A stretch of 64,000 nucleotides of DNA from Octopus sinensis (lineage: Eukaryota), in NCBI RefSeq assembly GCF_006345805.1, contig NC_042997.1, forward strand, positions 206,522,001 through 206,586,000, written 5' to 3'. Every line of letters begins with the position of its first letter. Within the stretch, counting starts at the first letter, position 1. Made by a program: the position numbers and the translations under genes. Below the pieces are notes generated by a model that did no database searches, was not told where the DNA came from, and saw only the letters and a program-made list of their open reading frames with translations. Positions 53,901 to 62,789 of the stretch are shown one piece after another.

Positions 53901-55638
53901 AGTTGCCAGTGTCATGTAAGTGGCATCCATGCCAGTGGCACATTAGAAGCACCCATTACATTCTCAGAATGATTGGTGTTAGGAAAGGCATCCAGCCATA
54001 GAAACCATGGCAAATTAGACCGGAGCCTGGTGCAACCCCTCAGTTTGCCAGCACTGGTTAAACAGTTCAACCCATGCCAGTTTGGACAATGGATGTTAAA
54101 TAATGATGATGATGATCATCATCATCATAAAACAACAAACAACAAAAACATCAACCAACCTTTACTATTTCTGTGTCTTGAGGTAAAACAACAAAGTAAA
54201 CATCTTTGATCCAGCTTGAATTTCGATCTGAGTAGTTTTTCACTGCTTCATACATAATTCCAGGTAGTTTTTCTATGGGGTATTTCATTTCAGCCCCTAA
54301 TATAGGAAATGCCAGGCTTTTTGCTCCCATTCTCTCAGCCTTTTCCAGACAAGTGGTTATTATTTGAGTCAAGTTTGCCAGAATCTAAAAAAAATAAGTG
54401 TTTAGCAATTGATAATGAACATTTTATTGAATTACTTTCTTATTACAGGAAGAAACCATTAAGTTGTAATAAATATATTCTCCTCTCACAACTCCTCTCA
54501 CTCCTACCACTTCTAAACACAACTGTCATTCCTATCACTCTTTAGTCCTGCAAGGGACAAGGGAACCTCACTCATGATGCTGCTACAATAAATCAGACCC
54601 AATCCACCGTGTAAAATGGTTGGTGAATGAAGAGAGACAATGCAGACCCAAGAGGAGTCTTTAGTGTTGTTGAGGACATGACAACCTCTCTAGTGCTCGT
54701 GCCATGACAGAGAAAAACTCACCAATACAGACAGTAAAACAGAGAAATATGTTTTAATATAGTCTTATTTATCAGTCACATAACTGTTGTTAGGCCATGA
54801 GGCTTTTTTCCTTCTATTTATATATAAAAGTGTCCTGTTCATCGATATCTTCTGCTTCCTTCCAATGATAACTTGGAAGAACAAATATTTAACAGGATGC
54901 TGACATTTGCTTTATGATTCTCACACAACATGCATAAGGTTCTCTTCAAACATTAACTGTTTCAATAAATCAATATCATATGATTGATACTTACTGAATC
55001 AGAGGAATTTTCACCCCAGGGAGGTAATGCCAGATGAAATACATTCTTACATTTGAGGTTATATCCTTTAGTGATGGCTATTGTAGATGTAGAAATACCT
55101 TGAGGATATTCCTGGTTACATTCATCTTGTATCTCTGAACCAGCAGCAAAGAGAATAGATTTGGAGATAGAACCATTGTTAAGCTGGAGTTCTTTATTGG
55201 TGTTGTTAACGATGACATCAACCTACAAAAGTAATTAATGGTAAACAACTAAGGAACATTCCGCAGAGAGAAGAGAGATACATTGTTGCAGTTGATATTG
55301 TTGTTAAGAAAGGCTCTACAGAATGGCTGTAGTAAGTTTGAGGTTGTTAAAGTTAGCAAAAGATATACTCAAGATATCAGATGTGAAGGAAATAAAATGT
55401 TTGAGTTTGATTGAGAAAATGTTTTAATTAACTTTAACGATTCCTCATTTGGAAATGAAATAACAATTAAATAAATAAGTTACATGAATCTATTTACTCA
55501 CAGATGCATTAGAAATTGAATCAATCATTAGGTTTATTTTGATGCCAGGATTTACTCCAGATGCCACATTAGTTCTGGGTGTCATAGGGGCTGCTTTCTG
55601 TTGTGGACCAGGAATGGATGAGCTTGATGTTGTGGTTT
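9452..55638 (-). CDS. PARP14/PARP15-like: Gene B model: macro-PARP, Macro-Macro-PARP catalytic domain, mono-ADP-ribosyltransferase type. Exons 55502-55638, 54995-55222, 54160-54384, 44045-44099, 25021-25136, 24513-24740, 23675-23902, 19039-19093, 12513-12646, 11950-12127, 9452-9714; 5' end not found
   Basis: All exons have AG acceptors and GT donors with compatible phases (1-0-0-0-1 per macro module, then 1-0-1). Summed length 1847 nt = 2 nt + 615 codons including TGA, no internal stop. Motifs: VDVIVNxT, AITKGYNLKC, LAFPILG, WHGT, YGKGVYFA, QAYPNYLITF. Joining all exons into one transcript is inferred. Confidence 0.8.
10075..11090 (+). mobile_element. Decayed Tc1-family transposase in a gene B intron
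   Basis: N-terminal ...NQREQAIG...HPHSGRPRVITTR; SPDSNPIEHLWD (Tc1 SPDLNPIE motif); C-terminal SGHTRY; stops and frameshifts. TIRs not identified. Confidence 0.85.
11950..12127 (-). CDS. Gene B PARP domain exon 2 (IERIQNKTLCQRY...LWHGTTAECVERINRYGFNCRYCSKNG)
   Basis: Same 178-nt length and splice sites as 1190-1367; WHGT motif. Confidence 0.92.
12513..12646 (-). CDS. Gene B PARP domain exon 1 (EPIPDTWSPM...VTSGSEY...RIIK)
   Basis: 134 nt, AG/GT; 3 nt differences from 667-800, all amino-acid changing. Confidence 0.88.
12860..14750 (+). mobile_element. Decayed R4/Dong-like non-LTR retrotransposon (RT, CCHC, restriction-like endonuclease)
   Basis: FQGDS, YVDDLKL, HHPKADADRVYLPR, DHLISGC, IKANKPEIVL, PVIVGALG fragments with stops. 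Confidence 0.88.
14715..15130 (+). repeat. Tandem reiteration (about 4 units of 95-140 bp) of the LINE's last codons and 3' UTR
   Basis: Repeated cacatcacacacactgagaagagaattgccactgtgaatttt followed by T-rich tracts. Confidence 0.8.
15600..17990 (-). mobile_element. Internally deleted L1/Tx1-like LINE remnant
   Basis: APE endonuclease start (VGCVNVCGLRSALKHNHFLND...AFSKTRI) at 16773-17030; HPLSGGLGMAWL near 15960-16000; degenerate zinc knuckle near 17930-17990. Confidence 0.7.
19039..19093 (-). CDS. Gene B 55-nt linker exon after macrodomain 2 (KFEEYFQGNTTGSSAASS-G)
   Basis: ctaacAG acceptor, GTAAAT donor; phase 0 in and phase 1 out, which joins IMK| to |AA CCA; same length and KFxEY start as 44045-44099. 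Confidence 0.75.
19600..20380 (+). mobile_element. RTE-type LINE 3' fragment
   Basis: RRLCWYGHVAR...EGTCGRGRPMKTWDEVVKHDL followed by the 3' UTR repeats. Confidence 0.8.
20385..20545 (-). mobile_element. Penelope GIY-YIG fragment
   Basis: CKTRNVVYRMKC...TTYIGEIVRSL. Confidence 0.65.
21310..22085 (+). mobile_element. RTE-type LINE internal fragment
   Basis: TWWWNSAVDKAI, EAWRSHYERLLN, KGKGDALDRNNYRGIKLL. Confidence 0.8.
23675..23902 (-). CDS. Macrodomain 2, C-terminal exon (ILANLTQII...LAFPILGAGILKYP...VYFVVYPQDTEIMK)
   Basis: 76 codons, AG/GT; AFPxxGxGxxxYP macrodomain loop. Confidence 0.9.
24513..24740 (-). CDS. Macrodomain 2, middle exon (VDVIVNSTNERLQLNKGSISNSILNAAG...AITKGYNLKCKNVFH...)
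   Basis: 76 codons, ttttgtAG acceptor, GTAAGT donor; VDVIVNST, AAG and ITxGYNLxC motifs; not in the ORF track. Confidence 0.92.
25021..25136 (-). CDS. Macrodomain 2, N-terminal exon (ETTTSKQESS...GIKIQLMIDSISNAS)
   Basis: ttttcAG acceptor, GTGAGT donor; 2 nt + 38 codons; leads directly into VDVIVN. Confidence 0.85.
26790..27030 (-). mobile_element. Penelope-like GIY-YIG C-terminal fragment
   Basis: YRTIYNNPKTSF and YFNGSRR*SLCLAKK resemble the PLE motifs RYNNHKxSF and CxLCLxEK. Confidence 0.45.
27430..28660 (+). mobile_element. Decayed R4/Dong-like 3' fragment
   Basis: KLNARN, VHWKLYEKWGL, VPIVIG motifs; TAA tail near 28636-28650. Confidence 0.75.
29200..31770 (+). mobile_element. Decayed R4/Dong-like LINE (N-terminus and RT)
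   Basis: 260-aa ORF fragment; ASNYRPITCLP, WIDYKKAYDMIPHSW, LYMDDQKLF, VNTWAVSLLRY. Confidence 0.85.
31950..33728 (+). mobile_element. R4/Dong-like RT fragment, near-identical to about 49751-51447
   Basis: LFMDDLKLF and other RT motifs; shares lesions with the second copy; no 3' tail. Confidence 0.9.
35195..35685 (+). mobile_element. Dong-like 3' end with (TAA)n tail
   Basis: ILWDFMIQRDHETENRKLDIV; 3' hairpin GTTCACT-GGT-AGTGAAC; TAA tail. Confidence 0.8.
35950..37860 (+). mobile_element. Penelope-like element remnant with inverted terminal segments
   Basis: Degenerate RT near 35990-36150; GIY-YIG HLVYAAECTKHNLVYVRCTKEQLNKRLNGHR at 36670-37026; inverted repeats 37364-37408/37615-37660 and about 37178-37220/37815-37860. 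Confidence 0.7.
37900..38450 (+). mobile_element. R4/Dong-like 3' fragment
   Basis: ILWDFDF, IIDVAMPGD, VIPIV motifs, ending in a microsatellite. Confidence 0.7.
38444..38590. repeat. Compound microsatellite (TAC)n(TAA)n(GAA)n(GAC)
   Basis: Visible directly. Confidence 0.95.
38800..42418 (+). mobile_element. Nearly full-length R4/Dong-like non-LTR retrotransposon, frameshifted
   Basis: N-terminal KWTREEY, RT (FQGDTLSPLLF, YVDDLKLY), CRICG..ETINHIISGC, RHD; the endonuclease KPDIV motif reads KPGIV. Interrupted at about 42420 by an RTE/SINE insertion. Confidence 0.92.
42420..43325 (-). mobile_element. RTE-type LINE 3' fragment with (GAT)n tail
   Basis: EKLEVVDSFRYLGD...GRGRPRKTWDEVVKHDL. Confidence 0.8.
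43810..43985. repeat. Long (TAA)n microsatellite, probably a LINE tail
   Basis: Visible directly; ends about 60 bp from the linker exon's donor. Confidence 0.9.
44045..44099 (-). CDS. Gene B 55-nt linker exon after macrodomain 1 (KFDEYLLNKPVNEGVHSK-G)
   Basis: tttttacAG acceptor, GTAAAC donor; same length and phase as 19039-19093. Confidence 0.75.
45150..45950 (+). mobile_element. R4/Dong-like 3' fragment
   Basis: KLLHGKY, DHAVSGC, RPDIV, PVVFGALG. Confidence 0.8.
46140..47975 (+). mobile_element. Two head-to-tail Dong-like 3' fragments, each ending in (TAA)n
   Basis: First ends at about 46525 and the second starts immediately after; RHHDNIARLVHW...RKPDIV; same 3' hairpin at 46433-46449 and 47810-47826. 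Confidence 0.85.
48380..51880 (+). mobile_element. Full-length-like decayed R4/Dong LINE
   Basis: HKWTKEEY N-terminus, RT, RRPDIV endonuclease, TAA tail at about 51864-51878. Confidence 0.88.
53509..54120 (+). mobile_element. RTE-type 3' fragment inserted just downstream of macrodomain 1
   Basis: RTE C-terminal motif and GAT tail; absent at the homologous site of module 2 (about 23640). Confidence 0.75.
54160..54384 (-). CDS. Macrodomain 1, C-terminal exon (...LAFPILGAEMKYP...LPQDTEIVK)
   Basis: 75 codons, one fewer than the paralogous exon; AG/GT. Confidence 0.9.
54995..55222 (-). CDS. Macrodomain 1, middle exon (VDVIVNNTNKELQLNNGSISKSILFAAG...)
   Basis: 76 codons, AG/GTAAGT; paralog of 24513-24740. 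Confidence 0.92.
55502..55638 (-). CDS. Macrodomain 1, N-terminal exon (ETTTSSSSIPGP...GIKINLMIDSISNAS)
   Basis: 2 nt + 45 codons, AG/GTGAGT. Confidence 0.85.
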
Positions 55639-55731
55639 CTGAAAATAAACAAATATCAGTGTGTGTGTGTATAGACACATACACACACACACACACATAC
55701 CAACATCATTATTACCCCCCATCATGATATA

Positions 55732-55862
55732 TTTAGAAATTGAATCAGTCATTAGGTTTATTTCAATGCCATCATTTTCTCCAGATGCCACATTAGTTCT
55801 GGGTGTCATAGGGGCTGCTTTCAGTTGTGGACCAAGAAGGGATGGGTTTAATGATGTGGTTT
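55732..55862 (-). other. Tandem partial duplicate of the macro N-terminal exon (ETTSLNPSLLGPQLKAAPMTPRTNVASGENDGIEINLMTDSISK); original donor missing
   Basis: Clear similarity to 55502-55638 with an intact acceptor; homology stops before GCATCT/GTGAGT. Confidence 0.7.
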
Positions 55863-55934
55863 CTGAAAATAAACAATTAAACATTCTTCTCTCTCTCTTA
55901 AAAGAACTACTTTATTCCATATAAATAGTAATGA

Positions 55935-56570
55935 CTAGCAGTATCGCCCGGCGTTGATCAGGTTTATAAGGTAAATAACTATATAAGCATTTTTAGAGAG
56001 TTATAGCCAAAAAATAGCAAAAAATGCATTAAAAATGGAAAAAATATGATGGTAAATTTTTTTTTAAATCGCTGACTCATCGTAGACATTTTTAGAGAGT
56101 TACTTCCCTTATATAATAGCGAAAAAATGCATTAAAATGGAAAAAAAACGATGGTAATTTTTTTTTTAAATCGTAGACTCATGTAGACGCTTTCTTAGCC
56201 ATTTCTGTTTTGGTGTCTTAAAGCCATGAAGTCGTTGTTCTAAAAGAACGCTGGTCTCCTTGACAACGCATTACGACGTTGATTTCCTTACACTCCCTTC
56301 CCCACAGGTGCAGGTGTGAGCATGGACGCCAACTCCGCCGCCATCGACACACGAAAAATTATGCATTAAAATGGAATAAAAAATGATGTTAAATTATTTT
56401 TAAAATCGTAGACTCATCGTAGACGCGCGCTAATACTCAGACGGGCTCGATATGAATCACAACTATAAGCTACCCGAATTTGGTTAAACTGCACCGCAAA
56501 ATGTGGGAGTAGTTAGGATCTAAATCGAAGGGGACAGACACTCACACAACTACAGTTTTATATATATAGA
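55935..56570. mobile_element. Non-autonomous Helitron/Helentron-like element with three internal repeats
   Basis: Starts actagcagtatcgcccggcgttg; repeated aaaatgcattaaaa...aaatcgtagactcat units; ends in tatatatataga. Classification is from recalled similarity only. Confidence 0.5.
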
Positions 56571-56629
56571 TATACATAGCGCAGTAGTGGTGAGATGTGA
56601 CAGCAAAGAAAAGCATACATGCACTCTCT

Positions 56630-57180
56630 GCATGCAATTAGACTCGGAAAGTTCGTGAGGAACCCATTGACCCAATTTGCTGACTTTTCCGATAGCACAC
56701 AGGTCTCAATGAATGGTTGAATGACCAAATCCAAGCTTCTCTGCTAGTTCCTCAACAGTTACGATGAGATTTTGTTCCACCAGGGTTTTCAGGATGTCCT
56801 TGTCGAGTTCTACAGATCTTTCAGGATGAGGCTCGTCTTCTAGGCTGTAGTTTATGGCTCGGAATTTCTGGAACCACCATTGACACTGCCTTACGCTTAT
56901 TGTCCAATCCCCATATACTGCATTAATATTTCTTGTACTTTCCGTTGCGTTGTTGTCTTTATTGAACTCATAAAGCAAAATATGCCAAATATGCTCCTTT
57001 GTTACTTCCAACATAGCTTTGAAAAAAATAGCTGTTAAAATCGAAATGCACTCTTCAAAACTTGCACTATGAATAAGGACAAGATAAAATTACTACCTGC
57101 TTTTATAGCAAGTTAATATAAGTAGTTTATCCCATTCCCCTCTGACTTTTAGTTCAAGCTGTTGAAAAAACCGCATTATT
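56630..57180 (-). mobile_element. Truncated mariner transposase
   Basis: MLEVTKEHIWHILLYEF...QCQWWFQKFR... helix-turn-helix region and the WVPHEL motif near 56650-56670. Confidence 0.88.
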
Positions 57181-57304
57181 ATATATATATATACATACAT
57201 ACATACATATACACACACACTCTCTCTCTCTCACACACATGCACACATTTATATTCTGTTATTCTTTTATATGTTTCAGCCTTGAGGTTGTGGCCATGCT
57301 GGAT

Positions 57305-57342
<38 letters not shown>

Positions 57343-57509
57343 TCTATCTGTCTGTCTGTCTGTATGTATATATGTATATGTATGTGTGTGAACAATAATA
57401 TTTTCAACAGATGTGTTGCAAATGTATCTGATTGTTCTCAAGCTTCAATACTGTGTGTGTGTGTATGTGTGTGTGTGTGTATGTATGTATGTATATGTAT
57501 GTATGTATG

Positions 57510-57541
<32 letters not shown>

Positions 57542-57598
57542 TGTATGTATATATGTATGTGTGTGTGTATGTATGTGTGTGTGTGTGTATGTATGTAT

Positions 57599-57629
<31 letters not shown>

Positions 57630-57649
57630 GTGTATGTATGTATGTGTGT

Positions 57650-57697
<48 letters not shown>

Positions 57698-57783
57698 ATG
57701 TATGTATGTATGTATGTATGTATGTATGTATGTATATATGTATGTGTGTGTGTATGTATGTGTGTGTGTGTGTATGTATGTAT

Positions 57784-57814
<31 letters not shown>

Positions 57815-57847
57815 GTGTATGTATGTATGTGTGTGTGTATGTATGTG

Positions 57848-57883
<36 letters not shown>

Positions 57884-57915
57884 ATGTATGTATGTATGTA
57901 TGTATGTATGTATGA
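57305..57915. repeat. Complex (TG)n/(TATG)n microsatellite with higher-order repetition
   Basis: Visible directly; source of the spurious MYVC and HTYI ORFs. Confidence 0.95.
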
Positions 57916-58929
57916 GTGTATGTTTACTTTATTACTAACAGAAGCCACTACGGTTATTTAATGTAAAGTCTTCCTCAAATCACTCTGTCTCGCTATTTAC
58001 TCTCTTCCAAGAACATTTTCACTCACCCTTATTTGTTAGCTTCCCATACATTTTACTCATGTATCTATCAGCGTGATAGACAGAAACAAATATTACATCT
58101 AGTTTCACTTTATTCGTTACACACTGTGTGTGTGCGTTTGCGTGTGGTGTAAACCAGACTAAGAAAAGCATTTGACACACACACCAGAATGTGAGTTTTC
58201 TGTAAATTTTGCTTAATTGGAGTTTAAATTTTAAAAACTGGACCTGGCATGACGCGATGCATTGTACTCTTAAAAATGCTAGGTAAATTGTAATTGAAGA
58301 AATCCTATATTGTAGATTTCTATAACTTCCAAAATCTGCCTTTTATAATAAGAGATATTCCTTTCTGAAAATATGATTTAGCAAGAGAAGTCATGCTAAC
58401 TTGTAGTCATTTCCCCACCAACTTTTATATAGCGACAAGGCTATATAAGATTATTTCCATCTATTTCTTCTACCACATGGAATTAAAAATACATTGAAGA
58501 ACATACTTGAAACTTTCAGAGTTTGAAAACAGTGAAACTGGTTAGTAAAATGTGATCTTCCACCTCTTATGAAACGTTTTTGCTTAAAACATTTATTAAA
58601 ACAGGCTTCAGATGGTGTAGATTCCAGTAAGTTGGGAATTTGGTGTGAAAAAAATGTTTTTGAGGGAGTGGAGAGAGGAGTTTCAGAAAATTCACATAAA
58701 CTCAAATTCGTTTCCTCATAACTTTTGGAAAAATGGTTATTTTTAAATGAAAATTTCCACAAATACCTTTCAAGGTGTGTATATTAAGATAATAATGGAA
58801 TTTGATGCAAAAATATAAATTGCTGGGATAGCATACATAAACATTGATACACATCAGATATTTGTTTTTGAGGGGGGTTTTTTTGTTGTTTTTTACAAGT
58901 TCCAATAGAATTGGAATTTATACCATCTG

Positions 58930-59950
58930 AAGCATATTTATAGAAAATTTCATAGGTCTCACCAAGGAAATGACTAAAGACTGAGACCTATGGAAGTATG
59001 CTGTGTATGAGAAGACCCGGCAAGACCAATGAGAACAGTCAAAATCGAAATCAAAATCAAACCAAATCAAATCAGATATCAGAAAGCAGAACCAAAATTG
59101 AGGTCGATCAACATCAGTGAAAATTGCAGCTGTGGTTAAGCGAACCATCCGATCGTGGCTGTTGCCGGTGCCGCCGCGTCTGGCCTCCGTGCCAGTGGCA
59201 TGTAAAAGCACCATCCATTCGTGTCCGTTGCCAGCCTCACCTGGCCCCTGTGCCAGTGGCATGTAAAAGCACCATCCGTTCGTGGTTGTTTGCCAGCTCT
59301 GTCTGGATCCTGTGCGGGTGGTACGTAAAAAGCACCCACTACACTCACGCAGTGGTTGGCGTTAGGAAGGGCATCCAGCCGTAAAAACACTGCCAGATCA
59401 GACTGGGCCTGATGCAGCCTTCCGGCTTCACAGACCCCAGTTGAACCGTCCAACTCATGCTAGTATGGAAAGCGGACGTTAAATGATGATGATGATGATG
59501 AAGTATGCTTTTCTTTAAATTATCATCATCATCATCATCATCATCATCATTGTTTAATGTCCACTTTTCATGGGTTGGACGGTTTGACTGAGGACTGGCG
59601 AACCAGATGGCTGCACCAAGCTTCAATCTTGATCTGGCAGAGTTTCTACAGCTGGATGCCCTTTCACTCCGAGAGTGTAGTGGGTGCTTTTGCATGCCAC
59701 CGGTAAGTGGGGGCCAGTCAGGCAGTACTGGCAATGACCTCGCTCGAATCTTTTTACACATGCCACCGGCACAGGTGCCAGTAAGGCGACATTGGTAATG
59801 ATCACGCTCGAATGGTGCTCTTTTATGTGCCACCGGCATGGAGGCCAGATAGCTGCTCTGGCAATGATCATGCTCGGATGGTGCTCTTAATACCCTACGA
59901 GCACGGGGTTCGAGTGTCAGTAAGGCAACGCTGGTAACGATCACGCTCGA
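58930..59950. mobile_element. Two RTE/SINE-type 3' ends tail-to-tail
   Basis: Plus copy ends in (GAT)n at about 59500; minus copy begins with (CAT)n at about 59522. Confidence 0.75.
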
Positions 59951-60004
59951 ATGGGGTATTAAATGATTCAGTAACCTTTTGGTTACCCAATAAATATTAT
60001 TTTA

Positions 60005-60878
60005 ATTTACATATTTGCATTACAAAAATTTGACATGATAATCTTTTCTTTAACTCAACTATCATAAACATTTTATGCCACAATGACGATGTACCTCAAA
60101 AGACATCCATTTCTCTATATGTTATGGGGAAATACAGTCACTAATTCTCTCTCTCTCCCATGCGCATGCACACATATGTACAAAAATGATGTATGCAAAT
60201 GTATTTATGTACATGTATATGAAAGATGTGTGTGTGTGTGTGAGAGAGAGAGAGAAAGAGAGTGAGAGAGAAAGAAACCGAGTGCCACTTATACATGCAA
60301 AAAATATGCATGACAAGATACACCTTCACTCACTCACTCTCTCCCTCTCACACACACATGCACATGCGTGCGCACACACACACTTACACATGCGTCCATT
60401 TCATATACATGTACATACAACTTTCACAGTCTACTCTCACTTAAAAGTAAATGTCACCTTTTCACTTCACTTTCCCTTTCATATTCTGCTATTTTTAAAG
60501 TATAAAGAAATAAAAAAATTCTTACAGAAATTAATGAATGCATTCGAGAACTGAGTTGCCAATTCTAATGTATGGGGTATCAAAAGATTCGGTTTTCTTT
60601 CGACTAACAAATGAACTTTATTTTCATTTACATATTTGATTAAAAAAAGATTAAGGTTATAATCTTTCTATAAGTCAACTTTCATAAAAGATATTATGTA
60701 TCATAGCGACTATGTCACATTTTCTATAAGAGTGTGCACCTTAAAAGAAATCCATTTCTCTATATGTTATGGGTAAATATAGTCACTCACTTTCACTCTC
60801 ACATGTACACACACACACACACACACATACAAAATAGAACCATGCATACGTATTTACATACATGTATATGAAAGATGA

Positions 60879-60922
<44 letters not shown>

Positions 60923-61245
60923 AGAGAGAGAGAGAGAGAGAGGGAGAAAGAAAGAAAGAGCAAGTGAGTGTCACTAACACATACATGCAAAAAATTCATG
61001 CATGACAACACATGCCTTCACTCACTCACTCTCTCATGCACACATGCACACACAAACACATCCATTTCTCATACATGTACATCCATCTTTCATTTTCTCC
61101 TCTCTTTCACTTTCTGCTCACACTTCAAAGCAAATATCACCTTTACACTTTCTGCACCCACTTCAAAGCAAACGTTTTCACTTTCTCTTTTCACTTTCTC
61201 CTCTCTTCAAAGCATAAAGAAATAAAAAATTTTTATGGAAATTAA
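60005..61245. repeat. Diverged tandem duplication, two units (about 60005-60545 and 60628-61245)
   Basis: Shared anchors tttacatatttg, atccatttctctatatgttatggg, catgcaaaaaa...catgacaa, aaagaaataaaaaa. Confidence 0.7.
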
Positions 61246-62533
61246 CAATCATATGATTCCATATGGTAGACCACAGGATTGAATTGACAACTTTCCTGCT
61301 TCAAACAAAAGAATATCATCACTTCCTTTGGCATGCACACACACACACTCTAGGCAACACTTCTGTATGAATTATGTTTTTTCTTGTTATGTGCACACGC
61401 AAAATTACAGCTCAAATCCAATTGAAATCACCTTTTTCCATTCTTTAATTTGTGTTTGTGATAAATATATTTAAAATCCTGATCCTTGATATAAATTTAA
61501 AAAGTTCTCCCAGAAATCCTATCATTTACCTGTTGTTTTTAGCATGTCTGAGGTAACATTTGTGCCTCCCACCCCCACCTGATTTTTTTTTTCTTAAATT
61601 TCTTCCAATTCTTAAGTTTTCAATATAGGAGATTAGGCTTTCATCCCAAACTATGTTCTCAGTATTATAATTTTCTCTCTCCCCATACAAACTTCATTTT
61701 TTTACTTTTTTCAAAATTCTTTATTTGGTAATCCACAGCCAAAACAAACAGAGCGTACGAATCTTTAAGAATTTTCTTTTTGCTTAAAGAAACACTAAAA
61801 TCTCCTTCCCAAACATCCACCCATCACCTCACTACTTTCAAAAAGCTACAACCTCCCAAAGTTTCACTTTTAGCTTTTTGGAAAGCAGGGAAATTTAATG
61901 TTGTTCACCTGTTGTTTCTAGCATGTTGGGTTTTCTGGCAGCTGTCTGATATTTTTTACATTTACAATTCTACACATGGATGAAACATCAGACAGAAGTG
62001 AAACACTGGGTGTCTTTAGCTTTTTGAAAGTGGGTAGGTGATGGGTGGGCAAGGTGAGAGAGGGGCATTGAATGTTTAAGATAAAAATTAAACTTTAAAA
62101 AAAAAACAGATTTCCCAGATTCATAATCTCTGAATCTTTCTACATGGATAAAAAAATTAGAAATTAAAAAAGTTACAAATTAAGAAAGTGCAGTGGGGAT
62201 GGATATAGGGGGGGGGGGAAATTAAAATTCTGAAAACGCGATTTCAGGGCAAAATCATATTAACCTCCTTTTATACAATGACACAATACATAGTTTGTGA
62301 TCCTTCTTAAGAACAGAGAGCACTTTCATGCAAACCCATGCAGATTGTAACCTTCCCCGACCATTATTTTTAAACAAACAATAACTTTCATTACACCAGT
62401 AATCCAGTTCACTATATAACAGTCCCATAAGAAAGGAACAAATAATACAATGCGGCTGTAGATCATAACACCCGGGCAACACCGGGATGCATTGCTAGTA
62501 CATATATCATAATAAATAAATATATATTTTTTA

Positions 62534-62574
<41 letters not shown>

Positions 62575-62789
62575 TATCATATTATAAGGCAGCAAACTGG
62601 CAGCATCATTAGCATGATGGATGAAATTCTTAGCAGTAATTTGTCTGTTGTTACATTCTGAGTTTAACTTTTGCCAAGGTTCACTTTATGCTTTCAGAGT
62701 CGATCAATTAAGTACCAGTGAAACACTGGGGTCGATGTCATCGACTCATTCCCTCCCCCAAATTTCAGATGTTGTGCTTGTAGTAGGGC

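Noticed and set aside
57310-57961. ORFs of 116-201 aa rich in MYVC or HTYI
   Set aside because: Translations of a TG/TATG microsatellite.
61525-61930. Repeated acatgctaxaaacaacagGT motif on the minus strand as candidate upstream micro-exons of gene B
   Set aside because: No convincing polypyrimidine acceptor or recognisable protein motif; more likely part of a repeat. The 5' end of gene B stays unassigned.
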